DNA of 64,000 nucleotides from an uncultured delta proteobacterium (GTDB lineage Bacteria; Desulfobacterota; Syntrophia; Syntrophales; Smithellaceae): NCBI GenBank assembly GCA_963812045.1, contig CAWETF010000003.1, positions 348,881 to 412,880 of the forward strand, read 5' to 3'. Shown piece by piece: positions 63,754 to 64,000 of this stretch (position 1 is its first letter; each line of letters starts with the position of its first letter). The notes under the pieces were generated by a model. It saw only the letters and a program-made list of their open reading frames with translations, ran no database searches and was not told where the DNA came from. The position numbers and the translations under genes were made by a program.

Positions 63754-64000
63754 TTACTTACATTTCTCTGCAACAATACATATATCAATTGAGTTTATAT
63801 CATTGCCATCCACTGACTTTCTTGAAATATTTCTTGTTTTCTCATCAATAATTTTAAAATTATGTCTCTGCAATAATTCAATAATTTGCAAGGACTCAAA
63901 TAGCCTGAATACTTCCTTAGTGAAAGGTAACTTCTCCATTATACTTTTTGGTCTGAACCCAATGAGTAATTTGCCACCTCTTTTTAATAATCTTCGAATT
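63754..64000 (-). CDS. partial CDS, C-terminal part of a class I SAM-dependent methyltransferase (N-terminus beyond the right edge)
   Basis: The reading frame is open from the window edge: IRRLLKRGGKLLIGFRPKSIMEKLPFTKEVFRLFE...AEKCK*. LLKRGGKLLI is the typical post-motif II/III segment of Methyltransf_11/25 proteins. Confidence 0.5.
   Translation of the reverse strand, partial: IRRLLKRGGKLLIGFRPKSIMEKLPFTKEVFRLFESLQIIELLQRHNFKIIDEKTRNISRKSVDGNDINSIDICIVAEKCK

Noticed and set aside
1-64000. rRNA, tRNA, tmRNA, CRISPR arrays, group II introns, retrons
   Set aside because: Reading all intergenic gaps on both strands gave no cloverleaf-like or rRNA-like sequence, no regularly spaced short repeats, and no reverse-transcriptase-like ORF.

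Overview
The 64 kb window looks like a bacterial chromosome segment. Gene content and repeat families suggest a deltaproteobacterial/Desulfobacterota-like anaerobe, but that is inference only. The core backbone holds moaC, comM/yifB, ilvE, lolA, proA-nadD, an enoyl-CoA hydratase, a GNAT, a long-chain acyl-CoA ligase, a YhaM-like HD/OB nuclease, selB and ruvX-mltG. It also holds a complete, co-linear dcw cluster (mraZ-rsmH-ftsL-ftsI-murE-murF-mraY-murD-ftsW-murG-murC-murB-ftsQ-ftsA-ftsZ, 25.7-42.8 kb) followed by a TIGR03960-like radical SAM gene. Three accessory parts interrupt or follow the backbone. (1) A ~3.9 kb insert (4.7-8.6 kb) carries a three-gene cassette (PD-(D/E)XK-like, beta-repeat/TPR, HEPN-like) plus BrnT/BrnA and Phd/ParE modules; the ParE module is bracketed by a duplicated 3' end of the neighbouring radical SAM gene. 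(2) A ~3.8 kb AT-rich island (20.05-23.85 kb) carries a methyltransferase, a SPASM radical SAM, a B12-binding radical SAM and a truncated IS91-type transposase remnant. It is bracketed by a duplicated ruvX promoter and 3' end. (3) From ~44.7 kb to the right edge is an accessory region of surface, secreted and regulatory genes: NDP-sugar transferase + GT1, a HEPN-like orphan, a large lipoprotein, PI-PLC, PAS-LuxR, BKACE, a TupA-like ATP-grasp, a FemAB-like GNAT, DUF1566, an Isf-like flavoprotein and a porin. This region shares two recurring non-coding motif families: a palindromic -35 promoter motif and a 46-nt upstream repeat. I saw no rRNA, tRNA or CRISPR array. The best candidate for an undescribed system is the nuclease/TPR/HEPN cassette at 4.9-7.2 kb. 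The radical-SAM island at 20-23.4 kb is second.
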